Assembly (NCBI GenBank): GCA_964342815.1 | Contig: CAYFHS010000027.1 | Location: 1-54,966, forward strand | DNA from: an uncultured archaeon | GTDB taxonomy: Archaea > Thermoplasmatota > Penumbrarchaeia > JASLWR01 | Length of the DNA: 54,966 nt | Direction of reading: 5' to 3' | Part shown: positions 19,572 to 29,869 of the stretch, piece by piece | Position numbering within the stretch: position 1 is the first letter of the stretch | Layout: each line of letters begins with the position of its first letter | Notes under the pieces: generated by a model | What the model saw: only the letters and a program-made list of their open reading frames with translations | The model's database searches: none | What the model was told of the DNA's origin: nothing | Position numbers and translations under genes: made by a program

Positions 19572-20177
19572 ATGGTATCATTCGGAAAGAATTTCATAAA
19601 CGGGATCGTGAAGACAAATCCGGTTTTCGTATTGCTCCTGGGTCTGTGTCCCACCTTGGCGGTGAGTACTTCCCTTGAAAATGCCATAGGGATGAGCGGA
19701 GCTGTCCTTTTCGTGCTTCTGGGGTCCAATATAATAATATCGGTCATCAGAAAATGGACCCCGAATTCGGTGAGAATTCCGGTATTCATTGTAATTATCG
19801 CCACTTTCGTGACCATCGTCGAGCTGTTTATGAAAGGGTATTTCCCGCCTTTGGCAAAATCCCTTGGTATCTATGTTCCCTTGATAGTAGTGAACTGCAT
19901 TATCCTCGGGCGGGCGGAAGCATTTGCGTCGAAAAATACGATTCTGGATTCCATTGCGGATGCTTTCGGAATAGGTATTGGATTCACCTTAGCCATCGTA
20001 TTGATCTCGTTACTGAGAGAGCTTCTTGGTAGCGGGGGAATCGAGATGTTCGGTCTCTCGATCCCTGGTTTCAGCGAATACCCCATGGCAATCTTCATAA
20101 TGCCCATGGGCGCTTTTCTGGTGATAGGATTGCTGCTTGCCCTTTTCCGTCATCTGGGGGTGTTAGAAAATGAGTAA
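19572..20177 (+). CDS. rnfE: Rnf subunit E
   Basis: NPVFVLLLGLCPTLAVS and LIVVNCIILGRAEAFASK. Confidence 0.96.
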   Translation: MVSFGKNFINGIVKTNPVFVLLLGLCPTLAVSTSLENAIGMSGAVLFVLLGSNIIISVIRKWTPNSVRIPVFIVIIATFVTIVELFMKGYFPPLAKSLGIYVPLIVVNCIILGRAEAFASKNTILDSIADAFGIGIGFTLAIVLISLLRELLGSGGIEMFGLSIPGFSEYPMAIFIMPMGAFLVIGLLLALFRHLGVLENE

Positions 20178-20754
20178 CTGGGGTGCATACGTTGCCATAT
20201 TCATTAATATGATGCTGATCTCCAATTTTATTCTGTCCAAGTTCCTTGGATTGTGCCCTTTTTTCGGAGTATCGAAGAATCTGAAGAATGCAGTATCCAT
20301 GGGAATCGCCGTTCTCTTTGTAATGTTGCTGGCATCCCTGGGAACCTGGTTGATCTATGATCTAATCCTCGAACCCTTGAAGCTGGAGTACATGAAGATC
20401 ATTATCTATATACTGGTGATAGCTACTCTGGTTCAGATCGTGGAAATGACCATAAAAAGAACCAATATAACATTGTACAATGCTCTGGGAATCTATCTCC
20501 CGTTGATTACCACGAACTGCGCTGTGCTTGGTGTCGCTTTCTGGAACACCCAGGAAGGTTATAACCTCGTTGAAAGTCTCGTTAGTGCAATCGGTGCGGG
20601 GCTGGGTTTCACACTGGTTCTGGTTATCATGTCAGGTATTCGTGAACGTCTGGAACTTAGTAATATTCCAAAACCATTCAAGGGATTTCCCATAGCTTTT
20701 CTCATTGCCACCATGTTAGGTCTGTCTTTCCTAGGATTCGGGGGGATGGTATAA
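20170..20754 (+). CDS. rnfA: Rnf subunit A
   Basis: NFILSKFLGLCPFFGVS, LGIYLPLITTNCAVLG and IRERL. Confidence 0.96.
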   Translation: MSNWGAYVAIFINMMLISNFILSKFLGLCPFFGVSKNLKNAVSMGIAVLFVMLLASLGTWLIYDLILEPLKLEYMKIIIYILVIATLVQIVEMTIKRTNITLYNALGIYLPLITTNCAVLGVAFWNTQEGYNLVESLVSAIGAGLGFTLVLVIMSGIRERLELSNIPKPFKGFPIAFLIATMLGLSFLGFGGMV

Positions 20755-21594
20755 ATGTTTCTTACTATAGCAATTCTTACTGGAATCGGCGCGGCTTGCG
20801 GAGTTCTTATTTTTTTAATGAGCAAGATTCTCCCCAAGGAAGACGAAACATTGGCGAAAACTGGTGTGCTGGCTGAGATATTGCCCGGCATGAACTGCGG
20901 CGCTTGCGGGCAGCCCGGATGTTTTGCGTATGCCCAGCAGGTTGCAAAGGACAGCGAATTTATTCTAAACACCCCCTGCATGACGCTTCTTCAGGATGAA
21001 GAAGCCCTGAAGGAGCTCGAGGGGATACTTGGAATTTCACTGGATACATCAGGAATGGCCAAGATCGCAGTTATTCACTGCTATGGCAACTCAGAGAATA
21101 TCTTCGATTATGACGGTGTCTCATCCTGCAAGGCGGCAGCTCAGATCGGGGCCGGCTACAAGAAATGTCCATACGGCTGCCTGGGACTCGGCGATTGTGC
21201 GGTGGTCTGCCCCCAGGACGCCATTACCGTGGACCACGAAACCGACATTACGAAGGTGGACCCGGAAAAATGTATAGGCTGCGGACTTTGCATCGTAGAA
21301 TGTCCTCACGGCCTGATAGAGTTGATACCAAGGGACATGCCACACTATCTGGGATGCAGTTACACGTACAAGAAGAAGATCCCTGGTCGGGAATGGTGTG
21401 AAATGGGGTGCATTCACTGCAGAAAATGCATAAAGGCCTGCGAGACGGATGCCGTCACCTGGGATAAAGAGCGGAACCTACCAACCTTCGATTCGGAAAA
21501 ATGCACCGCGGCCCCCGAGTCAATCGAAGCCTGTCCCAACAACGTCATCATTCCCATCAGTGCTACTCCTCCAGCTGTCTCCGAATGTCACTGA
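20755..21594 (+). CDS. rnfB: Rnf subunit B (polyferredoxin)
   Basis: LPGMNCGACGQPGC, CPYGCLGLGDCAVVCP, and further CxxCxxC clusters. Confidence 0.95.
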   Translation: MFLTIAILTGIGAACGVLIFLMSKILPKEDETLAKTGVLAEILPGMNCGACGQPGCFAYAQQVAKDSEFILNTPCMTLLQDEEALKELEGILGISLDTSGMAKIAVIHCYGNSENIFDYDGVSSCKAAAQIGAGYKKCPYGCLGLGDCAVVCPQDAITVDHETDITKVDPEKCIGCGLCIVECPHGLIELIPRDMPHYLGCSYTYKKKIPGREWCEMGCIHCRKCIKACETDAVTWDKERNLPTFDSEKCTAAPESIEACPNNVIIPISATPPAVSECH

Positions 21595-22516
21595 TGGTCG
21601 GAAGCGAATTCACAGTTCCCAGGAATCGTGCAGCATACGCCCCGGCTGAGGATGCAAATCTCGCACTTTCAAAAAGCCCCATTTTCTCTAGTATGCCGTA
21701 GATGAAAGCGGCATTGAATATATCACCGCAGCCGGTAGTTTCCCTGGTATTGACTTCTCTTGCGGGAATGTGTTTTTTCATAGAATTATCAGCAACGAAA
21801 ACTCCCATGTTTCCCATTTTTATAATTACAGCATGCGCTCCGCGGGCAAGAAGATCTTCCGACATTTCATGTATATTCTCAGATCCGGTGATCCCTCGTC
21901 CCTCATCAAGGTTACACAGAAAATAATCAACGTGTTGCAAAACTCCAGCGAGTTCCCATTTCCCGCTCTCGTCCCAGCTCACGTCGAGAAATTTTTTTAT
22001 TACTTTTGTCCCGGTACCTTTCATGATATCCAAAGCTACTTGTCCATCGAAACCCGGAAGAAGAAAATAGGAAGTTATCAGTAGCGCCTTCGTCCTTTCC
22101 AATAGATCTGAATCCATAATGGCCCACAGGTCCCGAAGCTGCTGATTAGGGCCTGCGTGATGAAAGAATGTCCTGTCCTTAGAGGGATCCGAAAGGACAC
22201 ATGTAACTGAACCGGGTTCGTTAAGCCTTTCAACGAGATCGCAGTTCACACCGCCTTTCCTCATTTCCGATATTACATAGTCCGAAAACATATCGCTTCC
22301 TATCTTTCCGGCAATCCTGACATTCATACCCAAGCTAGCGGCGGCCATAGCTGCAATAGCTCCGTTCCCACCCACCGAGACAGTTATCGGTTCATTCACA
22401 TGAGTGAGGGTTCCCCATGGGTGTGAACCGGGCTTTATAGATGCTATGATATCGCAAACTATGTTTCCGATTACCAGAAGGTCGGTTTGTTGGATCTTTT
22501 TGCGATATTCGTTCAT
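21563..22516 (-). CDS. PfkB/ribokinase family carbohydrate kinase
   Basis: GGNGAIAA, GKIGSD and ETTGCGDIFNAAF. Start placed at MNEYRKK. Confidence 0.9.
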   Translation of the reverse strand: MNEYRKKIQQTDLLVIGNIVCDIIASIKPGSHPWGTLTHVNEPITVSVGGNGAIAAMAAASLGMNVRIAGKIGSDMFSDYVISEMRKGGVNCDLVERLNEPGSVTCVLSDPSKDRTFFHHAGPNQQLRDLWAIMDSDLLERTKALLITSYFLLPGFDGQVALDIMKGTGTKVIKKFLDVSWDESGKWELAGVLQHVDYFLCNLDEGRGITGSENIHEMSEDLLARGAHAVIIKMGNMGVFVADNSMKKHIPAREVNTRETTGCGDIFNAAFIYGILEKMGLFESARFASSAGAYAARFLGTVNSLPTISDIRRQLEE

Positions 22517-22692
22517 GATTATGTAATAATGTTTGAGACTTTTATAATTAGCGTTTTTCAGCACTTTTTAAAAAAAAAAACTTCAATTACCTATTCATTG
22601 AATCCCGGTCTAGAAATCCCACAATATTTATTTAAGTTAATGTATATGATGAGCCGATTGCTTTTTGGTGAAAACTGTATTTAGTTATAAGA

Positions 22693-25600
22693 TTGGGAAT
22701 AGGTGCTGGCATGAGAACGAAATGCAATTTTTTTATTATCGGTACTGTCATGTTATTGATGGTCATGGGAACACTAGGACAAGGTATTGTTAATGTGCTA
22801 AAGGATAACCGCGTGTCCGTTGAAGGTACTGTTGAAAATTCGCCCCAAATATCCACCAGGGACGATCCCGACTTGGTAGGATCATGGAGTTTTGAAGAAG
22901 GATCGGGGACAAATGCCCAGGATGATACGCCAAACAATAACCACGGAACCCTGGACGTGGGTGCGGAGGGCAATACGGATACCTCGGCGGCATGGGGAAC
23001 TGGTATTTCCGGTACGGGTATGTTATTCGACGGGAGAGATGACGTATTGGACTGCGGGAACGATCCGTCTCTGGATATCACGGACGAGATAACCATAATT
23101 ACATGGCTGAATTTCAGATTGAAAGGGTTTCCAAGGCCCATCGTTTCCAAACATTCCGATGCGGATCCCGGTTTCCTTTTGAAATGGATCAACAACGTAG
23201 GGCTCTATTTTGCCATAGATGCCAGTCCCAACATATACAGCAGGGATTGCAGTGTGGGAATCGGTACAGATCGATGGTATCATGTTGCAGTCACATTCAA
23301 AGATGACATACACATATATATCGACGGCACTCTTGCGGATGGTCCCGCTCATGGAAATATCCCGCAATCCATCGGGAGCAGCGTGGAGAATCTGTTAATC
23401 GGTAACAAGGTTGATGATCCGTACGGTTACAATGGGACCATCGACGAGCTCCGAATCTACAAGAGAGCTCTGTCTGCAGAGGAGATACGGGATGATTTCG
23501 GTAAGATCGCTCTAAAAGGACGGTGGGCCTTCAACGAGAATCTAGGTAACGCGGCAGCAGACTCGTCAGACCAGGAGAATACCGGTGTGCTACATGATGC
23601 TGATCCTGGGAATGGGGACGGGGATAAAGATGCTCAATGGGTACCTGGCATTATAGAAAGTGCACTTGAGTTCGACGGTGTTGATGATTACGTTGAGGCA
23701 GCAAATGATGCTTCACTGAACTTCGACACCGGTGATAGTTTCACCTTGTCCGCATGGATACAAACCATTGATGCGGATGGTATTATTGTGAGTAAGGGGG
23801 TCGGCAATAACTACTATTACCTGGGCCTTTCTGGAGGAATGCTTACAGGTACAATTTCAAGCGATACCGATGGAACTCTCGATTACGCAACCCTCAGTAC
23901 CACCGTACTTCAGGGCGTATTGAATGACGGTGGGTGGCATTATGTTGCAATGTCGATCAACCCATCATCGGACAGAGGCTTCAAGCTGTTTGTGGACCAA
24001 TATATGGTGCAAGAGGATTCTGCCATGGGCGTCGGGGACCTGACCAATTCAAATCCGCTGAACATCGGCCGCGATTCAGGAACGGAAAGTAACTACCTGG
24101 GTGGAACTATCGACCAGGTGGAGATATGGAATTGGGCGCTGGAAGAAAGGGACATTAAAGAAAACTTCACTTCCGTTGCAAGTGTTGCAGGGATAGCCCC
24201 GGCGTTGACGGATCCAATTCCAGATTCATTTACGTTTCCGGAAGATACCACTGCTAGGAAACTTGTAAATGTCACCAATTATTTCTCTGATATATGGGAT
24301 ACAAATCTTCAGATAGAGTATACTCTGGTTCCAGCCATAATTGACGGACATATCGAAGCCTTTTTGGACAATTATACCATCACATTCAGCACCAATGAAC
24401 TTAACTGGACCGGAAACGAATCGTTCAAGGTGGTGGCTACCAATACCAAGGGTCTTTCCACAGATTCGAACACCTTCAAGGTCACTGTGACTGGTGTGAA
24501 TGACGTACCGATATGGACTTATACACCCCCGCTTATCAAAATGGATGAAGACGTGAATTTTACCTCTTCATACTCTCTATTTGAATATCTCGAAGATGCA
24601 GAAGATGATGCACTCGAGTTCGTAATTATATATCCCACGGAGTCCCTCCAAATCAATATAACCGAGCTGGGACACATCAATGTAAGTTCTAAAGAAAAGA
24701 ATTACCACGGGGAGGAGGTTTTAAATATTACAGTAAGGGAAAAGGTAAGTGGAAGCCTTGGTAAGGCAGTAGACATTCCCATAATCATTGATTCAGTAAA
24801 TGATGTTCCGAAGAGTACCCTTTTATTCCCGGAAGATGAGGCCTACTCTGCCGATGTGAACATTACCTTGAAATGGTCTGTTGTGGATGTGGATGACGAA
24901 CTCAACAATATCACATTCGATGTCTATTTTGGTGAGGATGTAAATCCACCGAAGATCAGGGCAAATCTCAATGCCATGGAGTACGAACTTACCGATCTCG
25001 ATGATATGACCACCTATCACTGGAAGGTGATCCCCTCGGACGACGAGGATGTGGGTGTTTGCCTAGGGGGAACCTGGAGCTTTACCGTGGATTCTCTTCT
25101 TTATATCTCAAAGGTCGATCTTCTCACCCCTGTCAACGACACCAGCCTTGGTGTAACCCAGGTAAATCTATCCTGGAAAGTGTTGACCAATCCCGGTAAC
25201 AAATCCTTAACGTTCAAGATATACCGAGGTCCATCAATGGATAATCTTTCCGTTATATCTACCACCACTTCAACATCATATCTTATGGAGAATCTTCAAC
25301 CATCCACTGATTATTACTGGAAAGTTATACCCAGCCATGGAACCACAAATGGGATTTGTATTTCGGGGATCTGGCATTTTTCGGTTGAAGATATACCTAT
25401 TTATAATATTGATGCGATCTTGACCAAACAATCTGTGAAAGTGATCCGGGGTCAGGAGTACAAATTCAATTTTACCATTAAAAATACCGGAAACCGTGAT
25501 ATTGATGTCACCATGGAAGCGGAGGGGAACCTATCTGATCTTTTAGATATGCCCTCGGGTCTTGGTATACCTGAAGGGGACTTGAAAGTTGTAGAGGTTA

Positions 25601-26652
25601 CTTTGACTACCAATGAAGAGCTGGAATTCAAGGTATATCCTGTTAAACTGATCATCAATTACAGGGAATTGAACGAGACTTTGGTACTGAATGTGGAAAT
25701 AATTGATAAGCCGGTAAACGGTAACGGAGATGACCTGGAGCCCGATAAAGGTTTTGAGCTGCCCCCTTGGGCCATATATGCTATTATCGGCGCTGTAGGA
25801 GTTATCATAGCCATAATCGCGCTGATCATCCTGCTGATAAAAATGAAAGCCAGGAGGGATGCTCGCCTAGCGGCGGAGGACGAAAGGAAAAGGGACGAGC
25901 AGAAGAAAAGGGAAGAAGAGGAGAGGGTCCGATTCGCGGCAGAACAGGATGCACTGGCCAAGGATCATGGCCGGTGGCAGAGAAAGGATGTTGATTACTC
26001 GCAGTTTGAGAACGTTTCCTCAGAAGGTTGGGAAAAGGATTACATGGATGAGGTAAAAGAAGAAATGAAGGATGCCGCGCCCATCCAGGACATGCTGGCC
26101 GGTGCTGGTAAATTCGATCTTGGTGGTGACAGACCCTCCTTCGGGGCGTCATTGAAGATTGAAAGTGCGGCGGAGGCATTAGCTCTGGATCCCGCATCAA
26201 CCCCTACTCCAACTCCACCAACCCCGCCGTCGGTTCAACAGACCCAACCCGTCTCACCTCGGACAGCTCCCGTTACATCCCCCACAGGGCCTCCTGCAGC
26301 TCCTTCCCAGGGAATACCAAGGGCCACCACCAGACCTGTTTCGGCTGCTCCAGTATCCCCTACACCGGGAACACCAAGGGCTGCCACCAGACCTGTTTCA
26401 GCTTCTCCCGTATCTCCTGCACCGGGAACACCAAGGGTCGCCACCAGACCTGTTTCAGCTTCTCCCGTATCTCCTGCACCGGGAACAACAAGTACCCCGA
26501 CAAAACTTGTTTCGAGTCAACCTGCTACTCCTACACCCGCTCAACAACAAGCTGCCAAGCCGATTACCGACAAAACACAGACTGAACCGGTAAAAGATGA
26601 AGAAAAAGGATTGGACAGTTTGTTGAAAGATCTGGAACTGGATAAATGGTAA
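22693..26652 (+). CDS. Large surface protein: two LamG-like jellyroll domains, Ig/cadherin-like and FN3-like domains, a TM, and a charged then Pro-rich cytoplasmic tail
   Basis: LVGSWSFEEGSG...WYHVAVT...GTIDELRIY and a second such domain; NDVP repeats; YHWKVIP and YYWKVIP; TM PWAIYAIIGAVGVII. Confidence 0.85.
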   Translation: MGIGAGMRTKCNFFIIGTVMLLMVMGTLGQGIVNVLKDNRVSVEGTVENSPQISTRDDPDLVGSWSFEEGSGTNAQDDTPNNNHGTLDVGAEGNTDTSAAWGTGISGTGMLFDGRDDVLDCGNDPSLDITDEITIITWLNFRLKGFPRPIVSKHSDADPGFLLKWINNVGLYFAIDASPNIYSRDCSVGIGTDRWYHVAVTFKDDIHIYIDGTLADGPAHGNIPQSIGSSVENLLIGNKVDDPYGYNGTIDELRIYKRALSAEEIRDDFGKIALKGRWAFNENLGNAAADSSDQENTGVLHDADPGNGDGDKDAQWVPGIIESALEFDGVDDYVEAANDASLNFDTGDSFTLSAWIQTIDADGIIVSKGVGNNYYYLGLSGGMLTGTISSDTDGTLDYATLSTTVLQGVLNDGGWHYVAMSINPSSDRGFKLFVDQYMVQEDSAMGVGDLTNSNPLNIGRDSGTESNYLGGTIDQVEIWNWALEERDIKENFTSVASVAGIAPALTDPIPDSFTFPEDTTARKLVNVTNYFSDIWDTNLQIEYTLVPAIIDGHIEAFLDNYTITFSTNELNWTGNESFKVVATNTKGLSTDSNTFKVTVTGVNDVPIWTYTPPLIKMDEDVNFTSSYSLFEYLEDAEDDALEFVIIYPTESLQINITELGHINVSSKEKNYHGEEVLNITVREKVSGSLGKAVDIPIIIDSVNDVPKSTLLFPEDEAYSADVNITLKWSVVDVDDELNNITFDVYFGEDVNPPKIRANLNAMEYELTDLDDMTTYHWKVIPSDDEDVGVCLGGTWSFTVDSLLYISKVDLLTPVNDTSLGVTQVNLSWKVLTNPGNKSLTFKIYRGPSMDNLSVISTTTSTSYLMENLQPSTDYYWKVIPSHGTTNGICISGIWHFSVEDIPIYNIDAILTKQSVKVIRGQEYKFNFTIKNTGNRDIDVTMEAEGNLSDLLDMPSGLGIPEGDLKVVEVTLTTNEELEFKVYPVKLIINYRELNETLVLNVEIIDKPVNGNGDDLEPDKGFELPPWAIYAIIGAVGVIIAIIALIILLIKMKARRDARLAAEDERKRDEQKKREEEERVRFAAEQDALAKDHGRWQRKDVDYSQFENVSSEGWEKDYMDEVKEEMKDAAPIQDMLAGAGKFDLGGDRPSFGASLKIESAAEALALDPASTPTPTPPTPPSVQQTQPVSPRTAPVTSPTGPPAAPSQGIPRATTRPVSAAPVSPTPGTPRAATRPVSASPVSPAPGTPRVATRPVSASPVSPAPGTTSTPTKLVSSQPATPTPAQQQAAKPITDKTQTEPVKDEEKGLDSLLKDLELDKW
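26317..26487 (+). repeat. Coding tandem repeat, 3 x 57 bp (PR[A/V][T/A]TRPVSA[A/S]PVSP[T/A]PGT)
   Basis: Three near-identical 19-aa units, seen in both DNA and protein. Confidence 0.9.
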
Positions 26653-26774
26653 ATATTTCTGGAATTAGGGATCCTTATTATCTCTTGTCCCGTAGTAAAA
26701 GGATTGACTCTGCAAAGGAAATTCTAAGACGGTCTGATTCGGAGTGTTTGTCCGAAAATAGTAGTACGTTTATA

Positions 26775-27071
26775 TTAAAACTTACGGGAGCGAAGGTAAA
26801 TTTTCAGAGCTTCTCGTATGTAATCACCCGTGCTTCGGGATGATTTCGATACAAGTTTGGTGAGTCCCTGAATCGTTTTTGCCGGTAAAACGCATGAGAC
26901 ATCCTCAGCTCCTTCCATCTCTCGGTCCAATTCTTCAATTGCTTGACCATATTTTGTAATCTTATAGTCGCCGGCGCCCAACATATCGGCTATCTTGTCC
27001 TTCAAACCTGGCTGTGTATACCATTCGTCAACTACCTGGATCGTTCGGTTATCATAATTTATATTTGCCAT
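26775..27071 (-). CDS. Small protein with a C-terminal ribbon-helix-helix-like segment
   Basis: VSCVLPAKTIQGLTKLVSKSSRSTGDYIREALKIYL fits the CopG/RHH pattern. Start placed at MANINYD. Confidence 0.6.
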   Translation of the reverse strand: MANINYDNRTIQVVDEWYTQPGLKDKIADMLGAGDYKITKYGQAIEELDREMEGAEDVSCVLPAKTIQGLTKLVSKSSRSTGDYIREALKIYLRSRKF

Positions 27072-27294
27072 TTTCTTCTTCCCCCTTTCAGGTAAAGACA
27101 CACCTGTTGGCGTGTCACACTTTCAAGCTAGCCATTCCTACCCAGCTTTTCAAGTGCAACCATCACACCTATCACCATAATCTAATAGAGATAGTGGCTG
27201 GCTATATCTGCGGTAAACAAGCTAAAATAATTTATTCTATATAAAACCTTTTTTTAAAAAAATCGGACTAGTCGTTCGGGGACCTCCCAATAGC

Positions 27295-27975
27295 TTAGGT
27301 TAAGTCGAAACCCCACCTTCTTGTAATTAAAGAAATATCGGCGTTTTTCATTTCGCCCTCTCTTATGATCTCTATACTCTTGTTGGCCATATTGATTATA
27401 GTCGAGCCGGATTTCTCTTTATACTGCTCTAATTTTTCATCTAGCTCTTTGCTCTTTATAAACAGGTCTACATGATTGATGATCTCGTCCATTTTCTCAA
27501 TATCGCCTGAGAGTGGTTCTACCTTTTCACCATGGAGATTTACAGATGTGCTGGTGAGCGGACCTGTGAACTCCAGTAGATTTCTTGTAAAGCTATTGTC
27601 AGGTACGCGTATACCGATAATGCTGCTGCCGCCAGTTAGAACCGGGGAAATTTCTTCTTTCTTTGGCAGTAAAACTGTAGTCTTCGAGGGGAAAAGCTCA
27701 TAAAGAAGACTTTTCAGGTTTTTTCCTTCCACCATTGCCAATCGGTCGATCTGGGAGGCTGAATGTACCGCTGCTGAAAGGGGAAGCGTACGAGGTCTTC
27801 TTTTTGCCTGAAACACTTTTTCGATCCCTTTTTCGTTGTATATGGAGGCACCGATCCCGTAAAGAGTATCGGTGGGATAGATTATCAAACCGCCGTGATC
27901 CAGAATTTCCTTTGCTTTGGCAAATAACAACAAAATTTCATTTTCATCCGTACTGTTTAATGTGAACGAGATCAT
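27295..27975 (-). CDS. sua5: L-threonylcarbamoyladenylate synthase (Sua5/TsaC family, short form)
   Basis: IYPTDTLYGIG, AKRRPRTLPLS, GIRVPD, LTSTSVNLHG and STII motifs. Confidence 0.9.
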   Translation of the reverse strand: MISFTLNSTDENEILLLFAKAKEILDHGGLIIYPTDTLYGIGASIYNEKGIEKVFQAKRRPRTLPLSAAVHSASQIDRLAMVEGKNLKSLLYELFPSKTTVLLPKKEEISPVLTGGSSIIGIRVPDNSFTRNLLEFTGPLTSTSVNLHGEKVEPLSGDIEKMDEIINHVDLFIKSKELDEKLEQYKEKSGSTIINMANKSIEIIREGEMKNADISLITRRWGFDLT

Positions 27976-27994
27976 GGGACCACGCGAAGAAAGA

Positions 27995-28549
27995 TCAATG
28001 CAGCTTTGTCTTACATTTGTAGCATCTGGGGGACTTCATGGAAACAACGGTAGCACAAACGGGGCAGACCGCTCTTGAAGGGTTCTTCATTTCCTGTCTC
28101 ACAGCCATCATGAACCAGCGTCGTTCCCGGTTGTCGGGGAATTTTATTACTATGAATAATAGAGAGCCCAGGAGGATGAAAGCACTTCCCACGGGTACCA
28201 GAAGCATCCTGTATGTCATATGGAGAGATGTCACATCATCGATTAACTTGGGGTAAAGGCCAAGACCGATCATAAACAATAGTGCCGAGTAGATAAGAAA
28301 TAGTGATATACTCCCGAGAATACCCAGTTTCGGCTCCTTTATTGTAAAACCGTGTACGAACATTACCAAAAGAACAGTACAGGCACACAGGAATGAAAAT
28401 ACCATAATCCAGCCCTGTGTATCACCTATGCTGGGTGCAATGGAACGATTTGAAAAATTCACATCCTTCAATGCAAGAATTGATAACGCAGCAAAGAAAA
28501 AAATCAAAAAATGAAGGTAGATAAGACCAGGTATGTTGATTCGAGCCAT
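27995..28549 (-). CDS. Membrane protein (four TM) with a C-terminal zinc ribbon
   Basis: Hydrophobic helices and CPVC...CYKC. Confidence 0.7.
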   Translation of the reverse strand: MARINIPGLIYLHFLIFFFAALSILALKDVNFSNRSIAPSIGDTQGWIMVFSFLCACTVLLVMFVHGFTIKEPKLGILGSISLFLIYSALLFMIGLGLYPKLIDDVTSLHMTYRMLLVPVGSAFILLGSLLFIVIKFPDNRERRWFMMAVRQEMKNPSRAVCPVCATVVSMKSPRCYKCKTKLH

Positions 28550-28708
28550 ATTTTTTCCCCACTTCTAATGAAATTATGGTTGGCCATAATTTTAAACTAT
28601 ATAAAAAGTTAACCGCGTATTTTCTAGTAGTTTCTAATATCAAGTTCTTTCCATACATAGCTCTGCGCAAAACGGTCAGGGTTTTCAGTTATAACTTCCT
28701 TTGTTGCA

Positions 28709-29758
28709 TTATACCGTATTATTAGTGTTTGTTGGTGAGTTCGTCGATTGCGATTGACGGTCGCTTTCGAATTCACCTCTGAGATCGAACAAAACCTCTT
28801 TCAATTCATTCACTCCGATCCCCTTGAAGCTGGATACGGGAAGCCATTTCTCAGTTCTTTTCGACGCGAAAACTTCAGTCCTTTCCTTTTCTACATCCGT
28901 TTTCGATATAACGTATATTATTGGAACCTCATTGAAATAATTTTCCACGGCATCGAGAAGTTTTTCCTGTCGGTTCAACGGATAACCGCAGTACTCCGAA
29001 GCATCCAAGACGAAAATGATAGCATGAGCGAGGTTCTTAAGCGCGGAGAATGCACGTTTCTCGAAATCATTGTGTTCTTCCGGGGGCCTCTCCAGTATAC
29101 CTGGTGTGTCAATTATCTGAATTCGTTCGCTTGATCGGCGTACCTTCCGTACGAGATGACCAACAATCACGTCGTGCGTGGTGAAAGGATAATGAGCTAT
29201 CTCGGGTGCTGCCGAGGAGAGTTCATTAACAAGAGCTGATTTACCCACATTCGGAAACCCTGCTACCACGACCGTGAACACATCGCTGTCTATATCGGGC
29301 ATTTTCCGAAGGACTTCTCTTACCTCGGATAGGAGAACAAGAGCATCGTCGACATTACCTACAAGAGACGATACCCTCCCGTACACCGACCGGCTTATAC
29401 TTTTGATCTCTTCCGTGTTTCTGGATCGTTTGATCCTTGTTAGAGCTTTTCTGCAAATGCTTCTGATACCTTTTCGTATCCCATCCACCCTGCCAAGGGA
29501 AATTCTTATCTTGTCTCTTGAGAACTGAATGTCCATCATTTCGGCTGTAAAGGGATGAAGATTATCGAAGGACGGAAAAGCTCTTATAATTTTTAGGATC
29601 TTAGAATCCAGTAGGTCTGATATGGATTTTATCTTGCCGGTTTCAGTCTTTTTTATCCTGAAATATGGCTTCTTGTCCTCCACTGAAATTTTCGACACCC
29701 TATGGAAAGCAAAATCCAACAATTCCTGTGCAAGAAGTATTGTAGGTATGTTCTTCAT
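28709..29758 (-). CDS. NOG1-family GTP-binding protein
   Basis: FPSFDNLHPF, AGFPNVGKS, IAHYPFTT, IDTPGILERP and SKTD motifs. Confidence 0.93.
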   Translation of the reverse strand: MKNIPTILLAQELLDFAFHRVSKISVEDKKPYFRIKKTETGKIKSISDLLDSKILKIIRAFPSFDNLHPFTAEMMDIQFSRDKIRISLGRVDGIRKGIRSICRKALTRIKRSRNTEEIKSISRSVYGRVSSLVGNVDDALVLLSEVREVLRKMPDIDSDVFTVVVAGFPNVGKSALVNELSSAAPEIAHYPFTTHDVIVGHLVRKVRRSSERIQIIDTPGILERPPEEHNDFEKRAFSALKNLAHAIIFVLDASEYCGYPLNRQEKLLDAVENYFNEVPIIYVISKTDVEKERTEVFASKRTEKWLPVSSFKGIGVNELKEVLFDLRGEFESDRQSQSTNSPTNTNNTV

Positions 29759-29850
29759 CTCCCGGTTAATAAATCATCCGTCATTTATAGTTTCGGTGGG
29801 TAAGAGTACAAATGATAAATCTTACCTCCGCTCATCGTAGAATTATTCAC

Positions 29851-29858
29851 TTTATATA
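29851..29858 (+). promoter_or_regulatory. TATA box candidate for the structured RNA / K+ channel transcript
   Basis: TTTATATA lies about 15-25 nt upstream of the first helix. Confidence 0.5.
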
Positions 29859-29869
29859 GACTCAGATCA

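Noticed and set aside
22632-23195. 187-aa minus-strand ORF
   Set aside because: Antisense shadow of the LamG protein gene.
26317-26487. 57-bp repeats as a CRISPR or non-coding array
   Set aside because: They are in frame within a Pro-rich coding tail, with no spacers.
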